From Thermoplasmata archaeon (GTDB taxonomy: Archaea > Thermoplasmatota > Thermoplasmata > Lutacidiplasmatales > UBA184): a stretch of 39,495 bases of DNA. The position numbers and the translations under genes were made by a program. Each line of letters starts with the position of its first letter. The stretch's first letter is position 1. The notes below the pieces were generated by a model. That model saw nothing but the letters and a program-made list of their open reading frames with translations, had not been told where the DNA came from and searched no databases. Shown here one piece after another: positions 30,432-38,296 of this stretch. The stretch is taken from positions 1-39,495 of the forward strand of contig JASHUJ010000071.1 of NCBI GenBank assembly GCA_030040035.1, given 5' to 3'.

Positions 30432-33121
30432 CGCGGAAGCTCGACCGGGGGCTCGGCGGCCTCGGACCGGTCGCGGAGCGGGGAGGTGGGCTCCTCGTAC
30501 TCCGCCCGCCCGCCGCGCGTCGCCGCGAGGTAGACGAATCCGCCCAGCGCGAGCACCGCCGGCACGAGGAGGAGGGCCCACAGCGCGTTGGGGTTCCCCG
30601 CCAAGAATTGGAACACGGAGTGGGACGGCGGCGGGGAGACGTAGACGATCGGGGTGAGATTGATCGGGACCGTCGCGTTCTCGTAGGAGTAGAACGTGAA
30701 CACGCTCGTGTTCGTGTAGAATCCGACCGCCGAGGCGGAGACGACGTAGACGCCCGGCGGCACCTGGCTCGCGTTGTAGTATCCTTCCGCGTCGGTCCGG
30801 CCCGCGCCCCACGTCGCGACCGTCACGTTCGCGCCCGCGATCGGGCGGAGGTCGGACGCGTCTTCGACGAGGAACGCCAGGTTCGCCCCGGGGACGGGAA
30901 CGAGCTGGATCGTCAAAGTGCGGTTCACGTTCGGCAGGACGTGCTCGACGACCGGTGTCGACCCGACGAAGCCGGTCGCGATCGCGCTGACCTCGTAGAA
31001 CCCCTCGAGCGCGGAGACGTTGCCCCAGCCCGTCGAGTTCGTGACGGCGGTCAGGTTGAGCCACCCCACGGCCAGAGCTCCCGAAGAGTCGGCTTCGACT
31101 TCGGCGCCCGCGAGCGGCTCGCCCGTCGCCTTGTCGATCACGCGCGCGTCGATGGCCCCGGCCGGTAGGGAGTCGAGCACGAGGCTTGCGTTCACGCGGC
31201 CGGTCCACGGAACGTCGATTGCGACGGTGCTCGACGAGAAACCGAGGGCGAAGGCCGTGAGGTTGCCCCAACCGTACGCCGTCGTGCTCCCTTCGATCTC
31301 GCCGTGGGGCGGGGTCACGAGGAACGGCGCCCCATTGAGGTAGACGGATACACCTTGCAGCGGGACCGGGGCCCCCCCTCCCGGAAGGATTCCCGTCACG
31401 TTCACGAGAATGACCGGGTCCCCGAACAGGTCGATCGTAAGGTTCACGATCGCGCCCGGAGCGATGACACCGACCGAGAAGTTCGATCGCCACGTCTGGG
31501 CCCACACCGAGACGTTGAACGCGCCCGGCGGAACGCGGGTGAAGTTCGCCATCCCGGACGAGCCGGTCAGCACTGGGTGGGCGTTGATGCGGCTCCCGTT
31601 GATCGTGAGGTTGACCTCACCGTCGACGATCGGGATCGGGCTATATGGCGGGTCCGGACCCAGCGCGCTTACGTGGATCGTACCGAGGTCGCGCGGCGGG
31701 ATCACCGTCAGGAGGACGATCCGCTGCGACGTCGAGCCGGGAGCGAGCCAGAGCGTGGAGACGTTCGTGAAGTACCCCACGTCCGCGACGCCCAGCGTCG
31801 AGTCGACGCCGTTGACTTGCGTCAGGTTCAGGTACCCCTCGGCGTTGGTCGCGCCGACGAACGCCCCATCGAGCGTCACGTTCGAGTCAGAGATCGGCAC
31901 GTTCGGCTGGGACGCGTTCTCGACCCGGAGGCCGAGGTCGACGGTGGCGGAGAGGCGCCACAGGTCGAATGACAGGCCCGCGCTCGCCGTGCCTCCGACC
32001 AAGAGCCAGGTCGCGTTGCCCGCGACGCTCAGGTAGGCGGACGCCGCATCCCATCGGGCCGTCGGCCCGGGCAGGGTCTCCGCCACCCACGAGTCATTGC
32101 TGGGGTAGAAGATCGAGGTCGAGGCGTCAGCGCTGGTTCCGTCCGTCCCCCCAAAGAGGAGATCGGCCGAGAGGCCGGGATCGTACGTCCAGCTCGACCC
32201 GGCCACCGGGGACGGAGCGTTCGACCCGAGCGGGAGCTGCGTCCAAGTCTCGGAGTGGGGATCGAACTCCCAGACGAGGTTCGAACACGGCGCGCAGCCG
32301 CCGAACATCTGGAACACACCGAGCGACGGGTCCCACGTGAGGGACGCCCCCTCGAGCGGGGGAGGCACGGCCCCTCCCGGGACGACCTGCGTCCACGCGA
32401 ACGTCGAAAGATTGACCTCCCAGAGATCGGAATAGGTGATCGTCCCGATCTTCTCGTAGTTCGGGTTTTGCCCTCCGTAGAGGACGCCGATCCCGAGCGA
32501 CGGATCTACGGCGAACGCGGCATCCTCCCGCGCGGCCGGGGCCGTCGGCCCGGTTTCGTTGGTCCACGCCCGGGTCGCGAGATCGTACGACCATGTGTCG
32601 TTGGTCACGGCGTCGGTCGAGAGATCGACGAGGCCACCGAACAGCACGGACCGTCCGTTGGTCGAGTCGAGGCCGAAGGCGAAATTGGACCGGGGGCTCG
32701 GCGCACCCGTCGCGGCCACGGTCGCCCAGGTGTCGGTCGACTCCGTATAGGACTGGGTCGAGTTCGTGAGCCCGCTCGCATCCTGTCCGCCAAAGATGAT
32801 CGTCGACCCCGAGGTGGCGTTGAAGACCATGCCCGCGCCGGCCCCGGGAGAGCCCGAGGCGACCGCCGACGTGAGCTCCGACCAGGCGAGCATCGCTCCC
32901 GGATCGAACCCGCTCGCTCGGGGCCCTGGGGGCAAACCCCGCTCCTCGGAACGTCCGGCGCATGTCGTGAGGGGAGCACACGGCCCGGGCGGGGCCGGCG
33001 CATCGGTCGCGAGCGGGGAGTGGGGCGACGCGAGGTGCGAGCCCGCACTCACCGGCAGGACGAGCAGCCCGAGGAGCGCTGCGCCGAGAACCCAGCACGG
33101 CGGTGCCCGAGGTCGCGTCAC
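30428..33121 (-). CDS. Kelch beta-propeller plus repeated CarboxypepD_reg-like (Ig-like) domains; C-terminally membrane-anchored surface glycoprotein
   Basis: 897 aa from GTG 33121 (VTRPRAPPCWVLGAALLGLLVLPVSAG, signal-like). About six approx. 50-aa Kelch-like units each carry FGG...W (IIFGGQDA..DTWATV, VLFGGLVD..DTWSYD, VLYGGQNP..DLWEVN, QMFGGCAP..LVWEFD, LLFGGTDG..DSWVAE, LLVGGTAS..DLWRL). Several units resemble ARVIDKATGEPLAGAEVEA...GFYEVSAIATGF and VEDASDLRPIAGANVTV...TDAEGYYNASQVPPGVYVVSASAVGF. C-terminal TM is ALWALLLVPAVLALGGFVYLAA. I count roughly 29 N-x-S/T sequons by eye. The track ORF to 34024 is an over-extension. Confidence 0.75.
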   Translation of the reverse strand: MTRPRAPPCWVLGAALLGLLVLPVSAGSHLASPHSPLATDAPAPPGPCAPLTTCAGRSEERGLPPGPRASGFDPGAMLAWSELTSAVASGSPGAGAGMVFNATSGSTIIFGGQDASGLTNSTQSYTESTDTWATVAATGAPSPRSNFAFGLDSTNGRSVLFGGLVDLSTDAVTNDTWSYDLATRAWTNETGPTAPAAREDAAFAVDPSLGIGVLYGGQNPNYEKIGTITYSDLWEVNLSTFAWTQVVPGGAVPPPLEGASLTWDPSLGVFQMFGGCAPCSNLVWEFDPHSETWTQLPLGSNAPSPVAGSSWTYDPGLSADLLFGGTDGTSADASTSIFYPSNDSWVAETLPGPTARWDAASAYLSVAGNATWLLVGGTASAGLSFDLWRLSATVDLGLRVENASQPNVPISDSNVTLDGAFVGATNAEGYLNLTQVNGVDSTLGVADVGYFTNVSTLWLAPGSTSQRIVLLTVIPPRDLGTIHVSALGPDPPYSPIPIVDGEVNLTINGSRINAHPVLTGSSGMANFTRVPPGAFNVSVWAQTWRSNFSVGVIAPGAIVNLTIDLFGDPVILVNVTGILPGGGAPVPLQGVSVYLNGAPFLVTPPHGEIEGSTTAYGWGNLTAFALGFSSSTVAIDVPWTGRVNASLVLDSLPAGAIDARVIDKATGEPLAGAEVEADSSGALAVGWLNLTAVTNSTGWGNVSALEGFYEVSAIATGFVGSTPVVEHVLPNVNRTLTIQLVPVPGANLAFLVEDASDLRPIAGANVTVATWGAGRTDAEGYYNASQVPPGVYVVSASAVGFYTNTSVFTFYSYENATVPINLTPIVYVSPPPSHSVFQFLAGNPNALWALLLVPAVLALGGFVYLAATRGGRAEYEEPTSPLRDRSEAAEPPVELPR

Positions 33122-33231
33122 CGATGGCCCTCGGTCCCGCCGAGCGAGATCGGAGGGCTCCCCCGACCTCCCAGGTGGAGCACTCGCTATGAGACTATGG
33201 GGGGCGGCCGCCGGCGTCGGTCCGAACGGAA

Positions 33232-34101
33232 TTAGATCGGGAGCGAGAGGATCACCGGCAGGAGGAGGCCGGCGGCCAGCGTGAAGACGAGGCCGACCGC
33301 GAGCGCGAGGCTGCCGGCGCGCTCGTCGCCGTACCGGGTGATGAAGTAGAGCGTCGTGTCCATCGAAGTTGCGCCGCCCAGCGCCGCAAGGCCCCCACCT
33401 CCGAGGCGTCGCCCGGCGTACGGGCTCAGGACCATCGTCAGATTCTCGCGGAAGAAGTTCGCCAAGAACGCGAGGAGCCCCAGGAGGGCGCCAGCCCGGG
33501 CCGCGACCAGGGGGCCGGCGAGCGTGTACCAGCCGAACGCGTACGTGGTCGCGAACGCGACCGACCAGGGTTCGTGGACGAGGACCGCGAAGCCGACCGC
33601 GCAGCCCGTCGCCGCGAGGGTCGCGGCGGTGAGCGGGATCGCGAGCTCGCCCGCCCGGACCCACGTCAGGGTCAGATCGAACCCGACGAGCGCGAGGAGC
33701 GCGTAGAGGGCCCAGGTGATCCCGACCTCGCTCGGGAGAGCCACGACCCGGCCGACGAGGAATCCGGCCACCAAGGCACCGACGAGCACTCCGCTGAAGG
33801 GCACGGGCTCGCGCCGACCGGCGGAAGGCGCGGACGCCGGGGGGGCGGGACCGCCGCGCGCGATCGCGAGGTACACCGCGGCCGTGGCGCCCAGCAGCGC
33901 CAGCGCGAGGACGAAGGCGACCGGCAGCGCGAGGAGCAGGGACGAGGTCGACACCGTGTCGAGCAGGGTTCCGAGCAGCCCGACCAGCACGATCACGGTG
34001 AGGCGGGTCGCCCGGCCGGTCCACGGGCTGCGGACTCGCACCAAGCGGCCGGCGAGCACGCCCGCGCCGAGCGCCACGTACAGGTACGGATCGAACGGCA
34101 C
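33232..34101 (-). CDS. LysO/YbjE-family (DUF340) membrane exporter
   Basis: AFGWYTLAGPLV, FLANFFRENLTMVLSP and GGATSMDTTLYFI match the GFGWYSLSG, FFNDLARE and GATSMDFTLP blocks of E. coli YbjE/LysO. I prefer GTG 34101, which gives no overlap with purA. ATG 34161 is the alternative; track start 34389 is over-extended. Confidence 0.75.
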   Translation of the reverse strand: MPFDPYLYVALGAGVLAGRLVRVRSPWTGRATRLTVIVLVGLLGTLLDTVSTSSLLLALPVAFVLALALLGATAAVYLAIARGGPAPPASAPSAGRREPVPFSGVLVGALVAGFLVGRVVALPSEVGITWALYALLALVGFDLTLTWVRAGELAIPLTAATLAATGCAVGFAVLVHEPWSVAFATTYAFGWYTLAGPLVAARAGALLGLLAFLANFFRENLTMVLSPYAGRRLGGGGLAALGGATSMDTTLYFITRYGDERAGSLALAVGLVFTLAAGLLLPVILSLPI

Positions 34102-34108
34102 GGCACCG

Positions 34109-35449
34109 CTAGCCCGATCCGGCCGAACGGTGGCCGCGCGTCGTTTGCGTGAGCGGTACATTGAGCCGAAGGGTCTCGTCCCGACCCGGGCCGTAGCCCA
34201 GGTACTCGACGGGGACCCCGGTCTCGCGCCCGACGCGCTCGAGAAAGCTCCGCAGCGACGCCGGCAGCGCGGCGGCGCCTTCGCGTCGGATGCGCTCCTT
34301 GAGCCGTTCGTGGAATTCGGGCCATCCCTCGAGCTGCTCGTAGACCGGCCGCGCCTGCGCGAGGTCCTCGGCCTGCGACGGCAGGACATCGCGGATCGTC
34401 GATCCGTCGGGCAGTTCGTAGCGGACGCTCACCGGGACCTGCTCGAGCCCTCCGAGCACGTCGACCTTGGTGATCGCCCACGAGGTGAGACCGTTGAGCC
34501 GCGCCACGTAGCGTAGCATCGCGAGGTCGAGCCATCCGCAGCGACGCGCGCGCCCCGTGGTCGCGCCCCGTTCGCCGCCGACGCGCCGCAGGAACTCGCC
34601 GAGCGGGCCGGATTCCTCCGTCGGGAACGGTCCGGCGCCCACGCGGGTCGCGTAGGCCTTCGCGACCCCGATCACCTCGTCGACCTCCGTCGGCGGGAGT
34701 CCGCTGCCCACGAGCGCCCCGGCGCTGGTCGGATGGGAGCTCGTCACGAACGGATAGGTCCCGAAGTCGAGGTCCAGGAGCGCGCTCTGCGCGCCCTCCA
34801 GGAGCACGGACTCGCCCCGGGCCACCGCATCCCAGAGCATCGGCTCGGTCGGTCGGATCAACGGCGCGAGGCGCCCGCCGACCTCGCTGAGTTGCGCGGC
34901 GAGCTCCTCCTGCGGCGGCAGGCCGGGGACCTGGGCCTTCGTCGCATAGAGCAGATCGAGCCGCGCACGGAGCACGGCGGGTCGGGTCAGATCCGCCATC
35001 CGGAGCCCCCAACGCCCGGCACGGTCCGCATACGCGGGCCCGATGCCCCGGCGTGTGGTCCCCAGGTTCGCCGCGGGGTCCCGCTGGGTGCGGAGCTCAT
35101 CCTCCCAGGCGTCCTCGATCTCGTGGAGCGGTAGGATCACGTGCGCCCGGTCCGAGAGGACCACCTCCCCCCGGAGGAGCTGCCGGCGTTCGAGGTCCTC
35201 GAGCTCTTCCTCGAGCCGGCTCGGGTTGAGGACCATGCCCGGTCCGCTGACGCCCGTGACGCCGTGGCGGAGGACCCCGCTGGCGAGCTGGTGGAGGACG
35301 ACCAGCCCCTCGGGCAGATGAATCGAGTGTCCGGCGTTCGGTCCGCCGCCCGTGCGCACGACGTAACGGGCGTCGGCGGCGAGGTAGTCGGTGATCTTGC
35401 CCTTCGCCTCGTCGCCGAACTGGGCGCCGATGACGATGCGAACGCTCAT
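34109..35449 (-). CDS. purA: Adenylosuccinate synthetase
   Basis: 446 aa from ATG 35449: MSVRIVIGAQFGDEAKGKITDYLA...VVRTGGGPNAGHS...GTTRRGIGPAYADR...GATTGRARRCGWLD. These are the canonical PurA motifs. The track ORF to 35728 is over-extended. Confidence 0.93.
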   Translation of the reverse strand: MSVRIVIGAQFGDEAKGKITDYLAADARYVVRTGGGPNAGHSIHLPEGLVVLHQLASGVLRHGVTGVSGPGMVLNPSRLEEELEDLERRQLLRGEVVLSDRAHVILPLHEIEDAWEDELRTQRDPAANLGTTRRGIGPAYADRAGRWGLRMADLTRPAVLRARLDLLYATKAQVPGLPPQEELAAQLSEVGGRLAPLIRPTEPMLWDAVARGESVLLEGAQSALLDLDFGTYPFVTSSHPTSAGALVGSGLPPTEVDEVIGVAKAYATRVGAGPFPTEESGPLGEFLRRVGGERGATTGRARRCGWLDLAMLRYVARLNGLTSWAITKVDVLGGLEQVPVSVRYELPDGSTIRDVLPSQAEDLAQARPVYEQLEGWPEFHERLKERIRREGAAALPASLRSFLERVGRETGVPVEYLGYGPGRDETLRLNVPLTQTTRGHRSAGSG

Positions 35450-35561
35450 CGCGGGCCGTCTCCGGCCTCGCGAGCGAGGACGCATAGAAGTCGGTTGTGG
35501 CCGCCGGCGCGCTCGCCCTCCGGCCGCGTGAGGCACTCTCGCATCCCACAACGATAAAGAA

Positions 35562-36716
35562 GTGGGCCCGGGTGGAGCGCGCGTGGTCGCGCGCCGCGTG
35601 AGTTCGATCGATATCTCGGGCATCCGGAAGATGTTCGAGGCGGCCCCGCCCGACGCGATCAACCTCGGGCTCGGCGAGCCCGACTTCGAGCCACCCCGAG
35701 TCGTCGTCGAGGCGCTCGCCCGGGCCACCCGCGACGGGATGAACCACTACGGACCGTCGGCCGGCCTACTGCCGCTGCGGGACCGGGTCGCCGAGCAGTA
35801 CGCCGCGAAGGACCGCACCACCTCGCGCGAGAACGTGATCATCACCGCCGGCGGTTCCGAAGCGCTGATGACCGTCGCCCTCGCGTTGTACGACCCCGGC
35901 GACGAGGTCCTCGTGCCGAACCCCGGTTTCGTCCTGTACCCGTCGCACGCCCGGTTGGTCGGAGCCGTGCCGGTCCCGTACAGCCTGAGGTCGGACCGCA
36001 AATTCCTGCCGGACTTCGAGGAGCTCGAGCAGCTCGTCACCGAGCGGACCCGCGTGATCGTGGTCAATAGCCCGTCGAACCCGACCGGCGGCGTGTTCCC
36101 CCGGGCCGTCGTGGACCGGCTCGTCGCGTTCGCCGACCGCCACGACCTCATGATCGTGTCGGACGAGGTGTACGAGCAGATCGTCTACGATGGGGTCGCG
36201 ACCTCGTTCTGGGGGCGGACCGACCGGGCGATCGTCGTCAATTCGTTCTCGAAGACGCTCGCGATGACCGGCTGGCGGATCGGCTATCTCGTCGCGGACC
36301 GCCGGCTCACCCCTGAGCTCAACAAGGTGCACTACCACATCATGGCCTGCCCGTCGACCCCGTTGCAGGCCGCCGTGCTCGCGGGCCTCGAGGACGGCGA
36401 CGGCGCGACCCGTGCGATGGTCCGGGAGTTCCGGGCGCGGCGCGACCTCGTCGGGCGGCTCCTCGGGACGGTTCCCGGACTTTCGGCGGTCCGGCCGGCG
36501 GGCGCCTTCTACATCTTCCCGTCGTTCACGTGGCCCCGCTCGGCCCGCGAGGTCGCGACCGATCTGCTCAATCGCGGCGTGATCACGACCCCGGGGGACG
36601 CCTTCGGATCGCTCGGGGCGGCCCACCTGCGACTCTCGTTCGCCGCCGCCCGCCCCGCGCTGCGCCAGGGGATCGAGATCATCCGCGAGTACGGCGAGTC
36701 CGCCGGCGCGGCCTGA
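35562..36716 (+). CDS. Class I/II PLP-dependent aminotransferase (aspartate aminotransferase-like)
   Basis: ISGIRKMFE...INLGLGEPDFEPP...VVNSPSNPTGGVF...VNSFSKTLAMTGWRIGY. TATA-like GATAAAG at 35553-35559 lies only 3 nt before GTG 35562. In-frame GTG 35583 or 35598 may therefore be the real, possibly leaderless, start. Confidence 0.88.
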   Translation: MGPGGARVVARRVSSIDISGIRKMFEAAPPDAINLGLGEPDFEPPRVVVEALARATRDGMNHYGPSAGLLPLRDRVAEQYAAKDRTTSRENVIITAGGSEALMTVALALYDPGDEVLVPNPGFVLYPSHARLVGAVPVPYSLRSDRKFLPDFEELEQLVTERTRVIVVNSPSNPTGGVFPRAVVDRLVAFADRHDLMIVSDEVYEQIVYDGVATSFWGRTDRAIVVNSFSKTLAMTGWRIGYLVADRRLTPELNKVHYHIMACPSTPLQAAVLAGLEDGDGATRAMVREFRARRDLVGRLLGTVPGLSAVRPAGAFYIFPSFTWPRSAREVATDLLNRGVITTPGDAFGSLGAAHLRLSFAAARPALRQGIEIIREYGESAGAA

Positions 36717-36726
36717 ACCGGTCGGT

Positions 36727-37884
36727 TCACCGTCGCGCGACCTCCCGGTAGAGCGCGCGAAAGCGCTCCGAGGAGACTGACCAGTCGAGCTGGGCGACCC
36801 ACGCCGTGGCGGCGTCGAGACGCCGTCGGGTCCCGACGGGATCGGCGATCACGGCCGAGAGCGCGTCGGCGAGCGCGGCACTATCGCCGTACGGTACGAG
36901 CCGTCCGCGTTCCCCGTCGCCGAGCACCTCGGGCACCGCCCCCGAGGCGCTCGCGACGATCGGCGTCCGCGCGGCCATCGCCTCGAGGAGCACGAAGCCG
37001 TAGGCCTCCCACTCGGACGGCAGCACGAGCGCCCGCGCCCTCCGGAGGACGGCGCGGTACGTTCGTCGATCGGGCACGTGCCCGAGCCAGCGGAGCAGGT
37101 GATCGACGCCCTGCCGCCGGGCCCGCTCCTCGAGCACCGAGCGCTCCCCCCAGTCCTTGCCGAGGAAGACCACCGGACGACGGTCGGACGGAGGAATACG
37201 GGCGAGGGCGTCGACGAGGTGGGGGAGACCCTTGTTGGAGGCCACGCGGCCAGCGTAAACGTAGTACTCCGCCGGCAGCTCGACCCCCGCGGGAGGATCC
37301 GACCCCGCGTCCTGCCACTCCGCGAGGTCGACCCCCGGAGGGATGATGCGAAGTCGGTCGGCCGGAGCGAACTCGCGGAGCAGGCGGGCCTCCAGCTCGG
37401 ACTGCGTGACGACCGCGCGGGCGGTTCGGTACGCGGTCATTCCGAAGAGCCAGTCCTGGCAGCGGAGAAGGCCGCGATTGAGCGGGGGCTCGCGCCGATC
37501 CGCCGGGTGGTAGGAGGTGGAGATCACGAGCGGAATGTCGAGGCGCGCGGCGACGAGCGTCGATTGCAGCACATGGCCGTACCGGTGCGAGTGGGCATGG
37601 ATCACGTCCGCGCCGCTATCGGCGAGAGCGTCCACGAGGCCTACCATCATCGGCATCGTCAGATACGGGACCAGTCGTTTGCGCACCGGGAACCGGTGCA
37701 CCGGGACCCCGTCCACGATCGGTCGGTAGTCCGAACGGCGGTCCCACTGCGCCTCGTCGTACAGGTCGCTGGCGTACACCTCGACGTCGTCGCCCGCCGC
37801 GCGCTGACGACGGGAGAGTTCGTGGACGTTCGTCTCGGTCCCGCCGGGCGCATCGAACCGCAGGGTCACGTGCACGATCTTCAC
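36727..37884 (-). CDS. Glycosyltransferase family 4 (GT-B fold), tandem paralog A
   Basis: 385 aa from GTG 37884: VKIVHVTLRFDAPGGTETNVHEL...HAHSHRYG...YAGRVASNKGLPHLVDA...LVLPSEWEAYGFVLLEAMAARTPIVASASGAVPEVL (E-x7-E motif). The N-terminus aligns with the paralog MKVAQLTTRYPPAPGGVERHV. The track ORF to 38202 is over-extended. Confidence 0.85.
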   Translation of the reverse strand: MKIVHVTLRFDAPGGTETNVHELSRRQRAAGDDVEVYASDLYDEAQWDRRSDYRPIVDGVPVHRFPVRKRLVPYLTMPMMVGLVDALADSGADVIHAHSHRYGHVLQSTLVAARLDIPLVISTSYHPADRREPPLNRGLLRCQDWLFGMTAYRTARAVVTQSELEARLLREFAPADRLRIIPPGVDLAEWQDAGSDPPAGVELPAEYYVYAGRVASNKGLPHLVDALARIPPSDRRPVVFLGKDWGERSVLEERARRQGVDHLLRWLGHVPDRRTYRAVLRRARALVLPSEWEAYGFVLLEAMAARTPIVASASGAVPEVLGDGERGRLVPYGDSAALADALSAVIADPVGTRRRLDAATAWVAQLDWSVSSERFRALYREVARR

Positions 37885-38152
37885 GGGAGCCCGCTCCGAC
37901 CGATGGCGCGCGAGCGACGGGGGCGTCCGGGGTACTCCGGGAATCCGGCCGAGCCGGTCGGTCCCTCGGTCGGGGCGCCTCGCGCGGGCATCCGCGCTCG
38001 AACCGCCGGCGGGCTTCTTTACCGTTCGCGCACGGACGGGGGACCCTCCGAGCGCCCCGCCGCTCCCCCCGGGCGGAAGGGGGGAGCACCCGTATAATCG
38101 GTCGAACCGTCCGGGAAAGTGGCCGTCGTGCGGCCGGCGGTCGGGGCGGGGC

Positions 38153-38296
38153 ATGCTCGCGAGGTGGCTCGGGCGTCTGTTCCACGTGGCGGCGAAGTTC
38201 ACCCGCGGCGAGGCGGGGCGGGACCTCGCGCACCTCGCCGACGAGCTCGAGCGGCTCGACGCGCGGCCGCGTCACCCGGGCACGATCTCGCGATAG
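38153..38296 (+). CDS. Very tentative 47-aa ORF in the long spacer between the two glycosyltransferase genes
   Basis: My own translation gives MLARWLGRLFHVAAKFTRGEAGRDLAHLADELERLDARPRHPGTISR, with high GC3. TATA-like GTATAATC lies at 38092-38099 on the same strand. It is below the ORF-track length cut-off and overlaps the 3' end of the convergent GT gene by 25 nt. Confidence 0.2.
   Translation: MLARWLGRLFHVAAKFTRGEAGRDLAHLADELERLDARPRHPGTISR

Noticed and set aside
27553-31168. Long overlapping ORFs 27553..29334 (-), 28994..31168 (+) and 29958..31505 (-) across the MoxR cassette and the Kelch gene
   Set aside because: All are out of frame or antisense relative to genes with clear motifs (MoxR Walker boxes, DUF58 core, Kelch repeats). 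Their products are Arg/Pro/Gly-rich without hydrophobic cores.
33122-34024. N-terminal approx. 300-aa extension of the track ORF 30428..34024
   Set aside because: It overlaps the LysO/DUF340 gene, which has strong family motifs, in another frame. The extension is Arg/Pro/Gly-rich. GTG 33121 is followed directly by a signal-like hydrophobic segment.
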